A stretch of DNA of 64,000 bases from Rebecca billardiae RCC1528 (taxonomy: Eukaryota; Protista; Haptophyta), in assembly GCA_965240325.2 (NCBI GenBank), contig OZ251249.1:372001-436000 (forward strand). Reading direction: 5' to 3'. Positions 32,865-51,566 of this stretch are shown piece after piece. The position numbers were made by a program, and so were the translations under genes. The notes under the pieces were generated by a model. That model did no database searches and was not told where the DNA came from. It worked only from the letters and a program-made list of their open reading frames with translations. Numbering within the stretch: the first letter of the stretch is position 1; every line of letters begins with the position of its first letter.

Positions 32865-34151
32865 ATGTCTGAGTCCGTCAGCCTCAAGCAGCACGTGCAG
32901 CTGCCGCCCGGCGAGCGCGTGCACCCGCTGGTCTCGCTCGTGCGCGGCAACTTCACGTTCATCTGGGCCGTGTCGACGATCTACGGGCTGGTCTTCCTCG
33001 CGCGGCTGGGCTTCCCGCGCGTGATCGTGGACACGCCGACGATGCAGGTGCACATCCCGTTCGCCACGCTCTTCTTCGTGTGCTGCGCGTGGAACCTCTT
33101 CCACACGCCCAGCCACGGGCCCGTGTACAGGCGCGTGCACAAGGTCCTCGGCTGGACGGCCATGGTGTGCGGCTTCTTCTCCGTGCTCACGGGGTACATC
33201 TACTTCCTGCAGGGTTCGAGCACCCTGAGCCTCTCCATGCAGGTCCTCATGATGACGATCGGCTTCATCCAGCTGGCGCTGCAAGCACTCGGGATCTAGT
33301 GCGCGCGCGGCTCCGCGCGCCCCCCCCCCTTCCCGCGCACGACTAGATCCCGAGTGCGCGGATCAGTGTGGAGCAGTGCGTGGCTGGGCAACCCTATGCA
33401 CCTCAAGCTCGCCAGCCAGTGGCGCCGAGCTGTCGCCGCTGTGGGCATCACTTTGCTCTGCTCTCGCGCACCGCCGTGCTCTGATCCGCTCCCCCCCTCC
33501 CCCCCTGTTGTGCTGTGCGCGCGCGCTCGCACCTGGCCGCGCGCCCCGTTGACTGCACACACGCTGCTGCCCGTGCGCAGCTACATCCGTGTGAACAAGT
33601 GGGTGCACCTGCACATGTCGATGATGACGTACCTCTTCTACACGTCAGGGGTGCTCATCGCCATCAACGTAAGCGCACTGCCTCGGAAGCAGCGCACTCT
33701 CAATATGCCAGCGCCCCTGCCGCTGCGTGACTCTGACCGACCCCCTTCTTGCGTTCTCACTGCAAGCCATCATCACCACACTCGCGGCAACCCACTTACT
33801 GGCGCCCGCCCGACCTCTCGCGCCGCGCCGTGTGCCGGGCGGTTGCGTGCTGCGCGTGCGCCGACACGCCCACAGTGGATTCCGAAGATGCTCACAGGCT
33901 CGCTGCTGAAGGGCTCGATGCAGACCAACTGGACGTTCATCGCGATGATCAGCGCGCTCTACCTCGGCCGCTGGGCCATCGACCACGCCAAGAAGCACAT
34001 GGATCTGCGGAACGCCAAGCAGCTCGTCGACGCTGGCAGCGCTGGCGCGCTAGCCGTGCCCATCGACAGTGTCATGGAGACGGGCGGGCACGCCACCACA
34101 CTGCCTCGGCCCCCGTCGATGGACGACGTGACACGTCATGAACAGCAATGA
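32865..34151 (+). CDS. Multi-pass membrane protein with His-containing helices (DUF2306/cytochrome-b-like), 3 exons
   Basis: Exons 32865-33298, 33581-33668 and 33876-34151 join in frame through GT-AG introns. About 6-7 TM segments; HIPF, RRVHKVLGW, HLHMSMM. Confidence 0.7.
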
Positions 34152-34744
34152 GCTGCCAGGACGCGTAGCGGGCGGCCTGGCTGGACGAGTGCTGCGCCAG
34201 CAGAGGCACGAGCTAGGTGGCTGGCATGAAGCATCCGCAACTGCCGCCACCCGGACGCAGAGTTGAAGTGCGGCGCGGGCAGTCTCTGGCCCGCTTCGGG
34301 TGGGCACTAGGGCTGACTGAGCCGGCGGCCCGTCGTAAAAGGCCCCGGGGCCGCCCGATCGACGGGTCATCGTCCGATCATCGCGGTCGTCATGCATATG
34401 CGGATATGACGATTAATTAATGTATATATATATATATTATAATAACATTATTCGATCTAATAATTCTTCCTGACAGTAGACGTAGTCGACAGCCATAATA
34501 ATAAGCAGCTACTATAGCTAGATAGCACAGTCAATACGCGTATCGTACTGCTGAATCGGTGTGATACGCTGTGATTACTCGGCCTCGTCGTCCGTCACGA
34601 TTCACACTCACAGCGAGTCACTCTACGGCCGACGTACAGCGGTACCGTCCGAAGCCTACAGGCTACAGACGGACTGAGTGGCCAGTGGGCACTGGACACT
34701 ACTTGGGAAGTCGTCTATATGACTAGTCACTGTCAGGCATGCTC

Positions 34745-34863
34745 AGAGCTGCCGCTTGTTCGGTACCTGAGCATCAGCGAGCCCTGCAGCGCAAGTCCGC
34801 CGGTACGCAGACTTCTGCGCCTGTCGCCGAACATGAGCTTCATCAGCGCGAGAACACGCGCTC
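34745..34863 (-). pseudogene. Frameshifted relic of a hAT-type transposase C-terminus
   Basis: Reads ERVFS/LMKLMFGD...LQGSLMLRY/NKRQL* with two small frameshifts. Resembles the hAT dimerisation-domain ERxFS motif. Confidence 0.45.
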
Positions 34864-37800
34864 GATATTCGGCTCCAGACGTCTGGAAGCCCCAGATATT
34901 GCCGTTTATTTGAACAATATTGTCTCGCAGAATCGCGCTGGCAATATTGCAAAAAATATTTCAAATATCTTGCCAGGGCCAAGTCTCAGCCTCAGCTGAC
35001 CGAATGATCAATCATGATGGCGGCGGCCGGGCGCGGGGCGCCGCGGCCGCCCCTCGGAGGTCTGCGGCGGGCTCGGCGGCGCTCGAGATCGCCGTCCGAG
35101 TCGGTGGCGGCGGCCCCCAGTGTGTGCCTGAGGCGGTACAACCCAGCAGCTGCTATGTGCCATGTAGACGACGACTTGGTTCCACTACCACATGCCCCAC
35201 GGACGCCACGAGGTCCACGACGGAGTCGCCGACGGCATGCTTCACTTTTCGGACTACCCGCGGGCTCTCAGTGACTAGTCTCAGCGCGCGCGGCGCGGAG
35301 TCAGAGTCACTGCAGCGGGTGAGCCATGCGAGTCGGGCCAACTCAGCAACTGCATCAAGCCATCATGCATTCTAGATATCACATGCATCGATCATGCAAT
35401 AATAATAGACCACCTCAGGAACGCGCGGACGATCATCATCATGCTCACTAGGCTTCCGCGCCAGCCCCAGTCAGCAGCTGCAGCTGCCGTCGACCACTTT
35501 CGGACCGCATGCGCGGCTATGAGCTTATCAGTACTAGCTATTATATTAACGACGTGGCCCGATATATATAAGTACTCTTATAATATAAGTACCTCGTACT
35601 GATAAGCGGTTTGGTCCACGGCGATCGCTCGCGGCGAGCCCTTGTGGTCGGGCGTCGTGCGGCCTTGACGCTGGGGCGTGCAGGGGCGGGCGTGGGCACC
35701 ATCCGGCGCCATCATTGCCGGCCGAGCGTGGTTTTTGGCGCGCTCAGAAGCGGTACTGACGCGGAGCTGTCGCCCACGATGGCGTGCACGAATGAAAACC
35801 GAGCGGATTTCGCTGCATGCTGCTGTGATCCAGCCCTGCCGAAGGTAGGAGCCGCCCTGTGAACGCGCAGAGCCGTCAGCGACCCCGATGTGAGCGTGTG
35901 CACGCGTGTATTGCACCCGCGGCGACCGTACTTATGGACGTTATAAGTAAATGTGCGCGCGCGCGCGCGCGACGCCACCACACCGGGTGACGTCGGGTTG
36001 GGAAGAGGTCCATGCGACCTTCCTGGGTCCATTTGCGACGACGCAAGCATTCGTAGCTTCATGTGAGCATCATTCTAGCGCGTCTGCAGGAGTAAACGCT
36101 ATCAGTACCGCGTACTGATTGTACTGATAAGGAGCTCATCGTGGTCGCATGCTCTCAGCACACAGCAGCAGCAGCTGCTGCGGCCTGGTAGGCCATTCGA
36201 GTCGGGCCGGTGGCATCATACATTCCAGACATGACGTGCGTGTAGCAGCCAACCTCATGGGCGGGTAAGCTTGCTCACTAGGCGACTGTCGATGTGCGCT
36301 CCGGACCCTGCACCATCCGGCGTCCGCCGTCGACGTCACCGACCGGGTGAACTTTCGGACCGCGGGGCACGGGCCAGCACGCGCACGCGCTGCCTCCGCC
36401 TCCTTCTGCGCGGTTCGCGCGGCCTTCGGCTGGCTGAATTCCCGCAACGATAACGAATCATTCTGGCCATTGAGCCGCATGTTGCCCGGCTTTGGCGCGG
36501 CGACCTCTACGGCAGGCACAGACAGGAAGGATACCGAGCTCAGCCGCGTCGAACCTCACTCACCGCCTCAGCCTAGCGCACGTCAACAAGTTCGGCCTCG
36601 TGCTGCTAACGCAGGCGCGCGAGCTTGGCGGCCTGGCGTGCCTGCCGACTACTGCTTGACAAGCTCAAAGTTGGCGTGGAAGGCTGGAGCAATCTTCCAG
36701 CGCCTCCCCGCCGGCGTGGCTGTGAACACACTGACACTCAACTTAGATGATGCGAGCGCGCCGGAGGGCTCGTTGTCGACTTGTCGTCGGCCGAGCACGC
36801 AGCTGCGCGCCCCAGCACCACCGCATGGCAGCCGCCTTCTGCGCAACTACCGCGCACTACATCTCGCAGGTCTCCGCCTTCGCCCCAACCGAGTTTGGCT
36901 TGAAGCCCTTAGCCGCCTTCATCTAGGCGCTTCGCTGGGCCTGGGGTGCACAACGTAAGCGAGGGCATATAATGATCAGCGCAGCGCCTGAGCTGCGAGC
37001 GGTCGAGGAGGATGCCAGCAGGCACCACGACCCTATTGGTGACGTATACTGACGGGCACGTCACCCCACGCTACTCTGCCGCGGCGCGCCCGCCACACCC
37101 GCCGATGAGCGAGCCACTGTCGCCATCACCCGGTCCGAAAAACGAAGAGCAGTGACCTCCCTGCTCCGATGACGACACTCCCGCTCAGGCTATTTGGCGC
37201 GGCTCGGAATCTTACTTGCCCCATTAATGGACCATTACTCGGAATAATACAGGACCGCGCTGGCAGTGGTGTGGGTTGAGCGGTGGCCGGTGGTAATTAG
37301 TGGAAAGATGCCGCGCGATGTATTAACAGTTCACTTATCATAATGAACTTCAATTATACTACCGAAGTTCACAACGCACGGGTTGATGATGGCGGTATAT
37401 TTGATGAGGGTGCTACATATGAGAACGTCATTCCATTCATTCCATTGATTGCCTGCCGGCCAATCACCATCTTCCGAGGCCATCCGTCGAAAGGCAAGTG
37501 CTCGCGACTTGCTTTCGATACCAATTCTATGATTGATTAATATTGAAAGACACAGGCACGTGAAGTATTATGGGGTGTAGTATTCCTGCTCAATTAAGCC
37601 GGTATTTTGACGCGTGGGCGAGGGTTCTCCAATATTGACAATTACTACCTCGCGCGGTCTTTCGAGCCAATAAAAACTCGTCAGGTGTTGATTCTCGATC
37701 TCGAGAGCTCCAAGAGCCCCCCTGATGAACAGTGACTTCTCGCGCATACACGTATGGCCCGCGCGGTGGGGCCCCGCCCATCAGCACTCGGCGCCGACGC

Positions 37801-39711
37801 CGAGGTGCACCACAGGCCGACTTTGCCCGAGATCGTGATGCCTCACAGCCCGGAGCCATCGTCCCGCTTCGCCGTCGATCGCGGCACGCCGGGCGGCGGC
37901 TCCTCGTCTTCCTCCTGCTCCTCCGGCGATGCGAGCGCAGCCGCGATCGACCAAGAGGGGATTGGCGGCGCGGTCACAGGCGCGGAGCAGGGCACGAGCC
38001 GACGGCTCCGCCGGCGCTCGAGTACGTCTCCCGAATACCACCCTCATCAGCCCCTACCGGACGAGGTTCTGCACCTCTTCTCGCGCGTGATCACGATGGG
38101 GGCGCCGCCTGTTCCCGAACTCGCCGCAAGAGCGGCATCAATGCCTGTGAGCGTGCCCTCTCGCGGGAGGGCCCCGCGCGCGGCAGCACCGCCCGCGCTC
38201 GTCCCGAGCATATTCGACAGCGAGTCTTCCGACGACTCGACGCTTGACGACGACGCTCTCGCGTGGCGTGTGCTCCCCGCGCCCACGGGCATCTTCAACG
38301 ACGAATCTTCGGACGAAGAGGAGCTGGATGAGGATGACGCGTGGCGCGTGCTCAGCCAGGCCAACATGTGCAGCGGCGTCGCGGAGCTGCTTGCCGGCGA
38401 TCGTGCACTCCCGGCAGCACGGCATTCGCCACGGAGTCGCCCTCAGTCCGTGCCGCCGGCCCCTGCTGCTCCGCTGGAGGCGCTCATCCCACCGTTGCTG
38501 CGGTCACTTCCACCCATTCCGCTCGGCGCATCATCTGCAGCCCCGCTGTCTGCTGGTTCATTGGCTGTCCCGCCGCCGCTGATGTCGTCGTCGTCGTCGG
38601 GGCGGCGCCCGAGCAGCACCCCGAAGGCACGGCCGCACGGGTGCTGACCGAGCCGCGCGCAATATGTACCGTACGCGGCCTGCATGGCGTCGGCAACTCA
38701 ACCGGGTCACTCCGTGACCCGGGCGGGTACTCTCGGTAGCGGCGCCCCGCGGCGTCTGGTCAGCGAGTCGGTAGTCGGTACTGACTATACGTTACTATCG
38801 ATCATCACTATATCAGCATCCGTTCATGCGCGGTGACTAGTGGTGAATCTATCCGCGTCACTGATCGGTCAGCCCAGCCCGCGGCCGGGCGGCCGGCGCC
38901 GGCTCACTTCGGATTAAGTGGCCGTCGCGGACGACACTGTCACTGGTCTGCTAAGTCCGACGGTCATCATCACAGTAATATCAGCAGCAGTCGTATCCGC
39001 AGCATTCAGTCCGGGCGCGGTCAATTATCAGATGCGCTGATAATATATATTATTATGATGTGGCGGCGCATCGTTCTTGCGGCACCGAGTGAACCGCGCC
39101 GCCGCGGAGCTGTGACGCGGCAGCACGTGAGCTGCTGCGCTGGTCCGAGCTGCGGGACGAGACTCAGATGTGATGGCCGGACGAGCGACGACGCGGCTGC
39201 GGTCAGCGGTGCGGCGCTGCAGGCGGGCGGAGGCGCTGACAGCAGCAACCTCACCGAGCACGCGCGCGGTGAGCAGCGGGGACTCTTCGTACTGCGGCCC
39301 GTGAGAGTGCCTGAGAAGAGTAGTAGTCGGACCCGCCGCCGGTGTCCGATGGCAGCCTCAGGCTCAGGGGCACCTGCTGTGTGCCCCGGGTGCCGCTCAC
39401 CCGCCGCGGTCTGAACTCTGAAGCCGCGGAACGACACGTCCATCCAGCACTGTTGGCCGCGACGCGCGACGCTGCGGCGGCCGGTGGCGCCGCCGCGATC
39501 CGTATCGCCGATTGATATATCGAGGACTATCGTCGTCGACTCGCCGCGCCCGGGCGGGCCGTAGAGTGACGCTGATCAGGCTGAGAAATAACTAGGCTCG
39601 TCCGCCGCCCGCGTGCCGGTGCGCGCCGCGGCGGAGGCGCGTGCCTGGCTGGCACGCGGTAACGGACGGGAGAGACCCGCACCTGGCACCTACCGGGCTA
39701 CCGTCCTGTAC

Positions 39712-40840
39712 CAAGGGCGGTAAGGGCTGTCAACTCCCAGTGGCGGCGGTGGCAGAGGTTGGTCGCCGCTTCGTCGCTGCGCGGCCTCGCTCCAGCGACT
39801 AACTCTCGTGGGCGCCCGCCCTGGGGGGCGAGTGGGGCGCGCACGGCGCGAGCTCCTGTGGCCGTGTACGCGCGCGCGGAGGCGGCGCGCGTGGCTGGGC
39901 AGGTGCTAAGGAGTGTATGTCGCCCTCCCACGCCGCGCGCCTTGCTCGAAGCCGCTTTCGCCGCGCCTCAGGCCAGCGCGCACGCGTTCGCCGCCTCCAG
40001 AGCCAGCCTCGGGCAATCGGCAGCCGCCCGCGCATGTGTGATGCGCGGTCTGGTCGGCGCGAGTCGGTCGGGGCCATCGGGCGAGGCTCGCATACTATAG
40101 ACGCGCGCCATGCTGCCTCGCGCCGCCGCGCGTGGGTTGTCATGGGTCGACACGCAAGCATCTTAGGTCTGACACGAACTGCAGCACGAATGCGAAAATG
40201 CTCATGTTTGGACGCTCATGGAGACGCTGGAGAGCACAATAGACGCGCGCAGGCGATGAAGAGCGGGGCAATGCACTCATAGGACGCCGTACACGCGCCC
40301 AATGCGGCCGCCTATCACGCGCATGTGCGCTCACTGTCACGTATTCGAGCTCATTTCTGCTTGTCGTGCATTCATCGATCAGCTTCCTTCAACAGCTTCA
40401 CGGGATGGGACCGGGCCCATGCGCGGCGGCGCGAGGCAGCATGGCGCGCGTCTATAGTATGCGAGCCTCGCCCGATGGCCCCGACCGACTCGCGCCGACC
40501 AGACCGCGCACCACACATGCGCGGGCGGCTGCCGATTGCCCGAGGCTGGCTCTGGAGGCGGCGCACGCGTGCGCGCTGGCCCGAGGCGCGGCGACAGCGG
40601 CGGCGAGCAAGGCGCGCGGCGTGGGAGGGCGACATGCACTCCCTAGCACCTGCCCAGCCGCGCGCGCCGCCTCCGCGCGCGCGTACACGGCCGCAGGAGC
40701 TCGCGCCGTGCGCGCCCCACTCGCCCCCCAGGGCGGGCGCCCACGAGAGTTAGTCGCTGGAGCGAGGCCGCGCAGCGACGAAGCGGCGACCAACCTCTGC
40801 CACCGCCGCCACTGGGAGTTGACAGCCCTTACCGCCCTTG
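39712..40840. mobile_element. P-superfamily (Galileo-like) non-autonomous foldback element (1129 bp)
   Basis: 425-bp inverted arms (39712-40136 / 40416-40840) starting CAAGGGCGGTAAGGGC. 7-bp TSD CCTGTAC at 39705-39711 and 40841-40847. Confidence 0.85.
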
Positions 40841-41002
40841 CCTGTACTCTGGACCCGCGTGCCTCCCGGGTCGTCCGGCTGTATCCGGACTCAGCTCACT
40901 GCGGCGCTAGCTGCCTGGCGCAGACCGTATCGCCGATGCTCGGCGGTGTCACAGTCGCACGCGGGCCAGCCGCCGGTGCCTTGGCCGACGCCGCCGCCTC
41001 GC

Positions 41003-47128
<6,126 letters not shown>

Positions 47129-47393
47129 CGTGCGGCGGCGCGAACGCGCGGGGCGAGAGGGCGGCGGTGCTGGCGAACACGGGCGCACCGCTCGCGGAAC
47201 CGGACACTTCGGCGTGGCCATGGAATTACCCACATAAGGGAGTCGTCCTGTGCGTTCCATAGGACGGAGTGGTGAATGTTACCCGCACATACAAGCAGTC
47301 CGAATAAAGGGCGTGCAGCCCGGACTGGCGAGCGGCCTGCATCAACGCCATCACCGCCCGCTGGCGGCGCGGCCTGGCGAGCGCGCGGGCCGG

Positions 47394-48083
47394 ATGGAGC
47401 AGGGCGGCGGCGGCGGCGAGGAGGAGCGCCCGCCCGCGCCGCTCGACGCGGAGGGCCGGCAGTGCCGCCTCTTCACCGCCATCGTGCTCCTCCTCGTCGC
47501 CATCCTCGTCGCCTCCGACGCGCACGCCGCCGGCGCCGCGCGCGGCGGCTCGCTCGCACTCGCCGACCCGCTGCGCGCGCGCGCGGGCGAGGAGGAGGGC
47601 GCGGAGGAGCGGTGCGAGCCGAACAGCCTGGACTGGCTGCTCGGCTCGGGCCCGTGCGCGCGGACCAGCCCGCCCGCCGCGGAGGACGCCGCGACGCCCG
47701 AAGGCCGGCGGCGAGGCGCGCGCAACGCCACGCCGCCGCGCGCCGGCGGCGCCGACGGCGCGCCCGCCGACGCGGCCGCGCGGCACGCCGATGGCGAGCG
47801 CGGCGGCGAGCGCGAGCCGGGCGGTGCGGCGCAGGGCTCCGCCCAGCCCAGCGCCGACGACGACGCCCACCTCGACGACCCCGCCCTCGGCCAGGCCGCC
47901 GCGGCCGAGCTCGCCGCACGCTCGGACGAGGAGATCGCGGCAGCGGCCGCGGCCGCGATGGCCGGCGCGGCGGCGGAGGCGGCGGCGTGGGGTGCGGGCG
48001 GGGAGGGCGCGCGCGGCGGGAGGGGCGCGGGGCTCGCGGCCTCGCGCGCGCGCCCGCTCGGAGCACACGCCGCCGGCGAGAGC

Positions 48084-48181
<98 letters not shown>

Positions 48182-51100
48182 CGCGCGCGCGCGCGCGGGG
48201 CCCCGCCGCTCGGCGCTCGGCGCGGAGGCGCGGCGTGAGCTGCGCCCGCCGAGCGTGTCGGAGCTGCTCTCCGGCCTGCTCGGCGCGCTCACCGAGGGCG
48301 TGCTCGACCTGCTCGCGTGGCTCCTCGGCGCCTCGCCCGAGCGGCGCGCGCGCGCGCGCGCGCTCGCCGATGCGCGGCGGCGGCAGGCGCGCGCATTGGC
48401 GGCGCGCGGCGGCGGCGCGGGCGGCGGCGCCGCCATGGGCGGCGGCGGGGAGGAGGGCGGGCCGGCCGGCCCGGGTGGCGGGGCGCCGCGCCGAAGCGCG
48501 CTCAAGCTGCCGCTCGCGCAGCGCCGCGCACAGCACCGCGCCAAGCGCCTCGCCGCGGCCGCGGCCGCGGCCGCTGCGGACGCGGACGCGGCCGCGGCCG
48601 CGGCTGAGCTGGCCGCGGGCGCGCGCGGCCCTTACGACCGGCTGCGCCGCGCGGCGGCGTTTGGCATGGCGGCGGCGTGGGCGGACGGCGGTGGGCCGGC
48701 GTCGGCGGCGGAGCAGGCCCGCGCGCCGCCGCCCCGCCGCGCGCCCTCCGCCGCGCACGCCGAGCGGCGCGCCGCCGTGGCCGAAGCGTTTTTGCATGCG
48801 TGGGACAGTTATGCCCGTTACGCTTTTGGGTGCGACGAGCTGCAGCCGGTGCGGAAGGAGTGCCGCGGCGCGGGGTTCGGGATGGGCGTGACGCTGGTGG
48901 ACGCGCTGGACACGCTGCTGCTCGTCGAGGGCGGCGGCGCGGGGCGCGGCTATGCGCGCGAGCCCGCCGCGCCACGCGACAGCGAGCGTGCCGCCGCCGA
49001 CGCCGCCGCCGACGCCGCCGCCGACGCCGCCGCCGACGCCGCCGCCGGCACCGCCGCCGTGGGGCCGCGGTACGCGCGCGCGCGCGCGTGGGTGGAGTCG
49101 AGCCTCCGCTTCGACTCGCAGGAGGACATCTCCGTCTTCGAGACGACGATCCGCGTGCTCGGTGCGCGCACACCGCGCGCACCGCCTGCGCGCGCGCCGG
49201 GGCTGCGCCGCCACCCGCCGCGCGCGCGCTTGCTGTTTTTTTTTTAATCCGCTCGCACGTATTCTTCTTCCCATGCCCGGGAGGAGGAGCCGAAGCATGC
49301 CGCATGCGGGGTACAGAACAGGACACGCGCGCGCCCGCGCGCTCACCGCCGCCCGCGGCGGCCCCGCGCGGCGGCGCGCACACACACACCTGTCGACGAC
49401 GACGACGCGCGCACGCGCGCGCCCCGCGCGCGCAGGCGGTCTGCTGGGCGCCTTCGAGTTGAGCCGAGGGCGGGGCGGCGCGGACGTGGGCGCGGGCGAC
49501 GGGGTGCTCCTCGAGCGCGCGTCCGCGCTCGGCGGCGCCCTCCTCCCCGCCTTCGCCTCCGCCACAGGCCTCCCCTACGGCACCGTCTCGCTCCGCACGG
49601 GCGCCGCGCACAACCCGGCGTGGGCGGGCGGCGCGTCGACCTCGGCCGAGGTCGCGACGCTGCAGCTGGAGTTTGGCGCGCTCGCGCGGCACGCGCGGGA
49701 GCCGCGGTTCGCCGAGGCCGCCGACCGCGTGATCGAGCACCTCGCCACGATGGAGCGCCCGCCCGGACTCCCGCCCGGACTCTACCCGCTCTTCATCCAC
49801 CCGGACACGGGCAAGTTCACCACGACAGGACTGACGCTCGGCGCGCGCGCCGACTCGCTGTATGAGTATTTGCTCAAGTCGTGGCTGCTGCGCGCGCCCG
49901 CGGGGGGCGAGGCGGCGGGGACCGCGCTGCGGCTGTACCTCGCCTCCGTGCGCGGGCTCTCCGCCCACCTCCTCCGCACCTCCGCCGCGGGGCGCGTCTA
50001 CTTCGGCCAGTGGGACTACCAGACCCACACCTTCAAGGAGGAGATGGTACGCGAATAAAATGAATTTCCTATTTTCTTTGCTGCGCGCGCGCAGCAGCCA
50101 CGGGGAGGCGAAGGCATCGTTGCGCGCGCGCGCACATCAGCGACGGGGAATCAAGGCGGGGAGGAAAGGGCAAGGGGGGCGGAAAAAGGGGGTTGTTGTT
50201 GTTTTTGTGGTGCTTCCGAGCGTCCTCCCTGCGAGCGGGTGTGCGTGCCGGGCGAGTGCGCGCGTGCGCGGGGCGTGCGCGTCGCGTTGGGCCGAGCGGC
50301 GGCGCGCGGCGCGCTGCGTGCGGGCAGGGCGGGCGGCGGGCGCGCCGCGCCGCGCGCTCGGCCGCCGCATCAGAGGCACGGCCGCTGGCTGAGCGCCGCC
50401 GCCGCCGTCACCGCGCTGCCGCGCGCCGCGCCCGCCGCGCGCAGGACGCGGTGGCGTGCTTCGCGCCGGGCATGCTCGCGCTCGGCGGCGTCGCGCTCGC
50501 CGACCGCGCGCAACTGGACCTGGCCGAATCGCTCATGACGAGTTGTCACGCGATGGCGGCCAACACCGCCACGGGGCTGGCGCCAGAGATCGCCTACTTT
50601 GGCGGCGATGGGGCGGGGGCGCCCAAGTCGGGCGCGGCGCACTACCTGCTGCGCCCCGAGATCTTCGAGTCGCTCTTCGTGCTGTGGAGGTGCGCGCGCC
50701 GCGCGCCGCGCGCCGCGCGCCGCCGCCGTCTCACCGGCGCGCGCCCTCGCCGCGCGCGCGCGCGCCGCCCCGGCGCCGCGCGCCGCCCGCCGGTGGCCGC
50801 GGCGGCGGGGCCGGCGCAGGCTGACCAAGCGAGAGCGGTATCGCGAGTGGGGCTGGCAGCTCTTCCAGAGCCTCGAGGCGCGCTGCCGCCTCGCCGGCGG
50901 CGGGTACAGCGGCGTCGAGAGCGTGAGCGGCAACGGCGGCGGCGCCGCCTCCGCGCGCGCGCCGCAGCCGCCGCCCGGCGCGGCCGCCGGCGGCGCGGCC
51001 GCGTGGGAGGTGAGAGTGTCGCACGACGGCAGGATGGAGTCCTTCTTCCTCGCGGAGACGCTCAAGTACCTGTACCTGCTCTTCGACGACGACGAGACGC

Positions 51101-51192
51101 TGCCGCTGCACGAGTGGGTCTTCACCACGGAGGCGCACCCGCTGCGCGTCTTCCCCGCGGCGGCGGCGGCGGCAGCAGCGCCGCCGCCCTGA
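47394..51192 (+). CDS. Class I alpha-1,2-mannosidase (GH47), type II membrane protein, 4 exons
   Basis: Exons 47394-49161, 49436-50046, 50445-50689, 50820-51192. [82 protein letters not shown]. Confidence 0.93.
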
Positions 51193-51473
51193 CTGGCCTG
51201 ACTCCACGCGACGCAGCGGCTGCGTCCGGCCGCGGCGGCAGCGGCACGGCGGTCCGGTCCGGAATACGGCGGAGCTCGGGCTGAGGCGGCGGCCGGTCAG
51301 CATCAGCGGACGCCTCCGTCCCCACCCAGCCGGCGCTGCCGACCAGGCGTTAGATGAATGATTCCAGTAGTTGACTCCATTGATCAGACTATCGGCGCAT
51401 ACGCCGTTGTCAAAGGTGCGCGTGACCGTTGGTCGCCTGGTTGGCACTGGTTCGGCGAGCGGCCAGTGATGCC

Positions 51474-51497
51474 GATTGGATCAAAGGACCTTTGATG
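51474..51497. promoter_or_regulatory. Candidate promoter element: CCAAT box abutting the ATCAAAGG-W-CCTTTGAT palindrome (copy 1)
   Basis: 24/24 reverse-complement match to 62418-62441. Lies 70 bp upstream of the ALMT-like ATG. Confidence 0.5.
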
Positions 51498-51566
51498 TCC
51501 TGCTTTGATGCTCGTCCGTTGATTGGACGACGTTGCGGCTTGGCGACTGCCGAGCGAGCGCAAGCG

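Noticed and set aside
36347-38647. ORFs 36347-36958, 37343-37540 and 37754-38647
   Set aside because: No recognisable motifs, and composition is atypical or low-complexity. They cannot be supported as genes without expression data.
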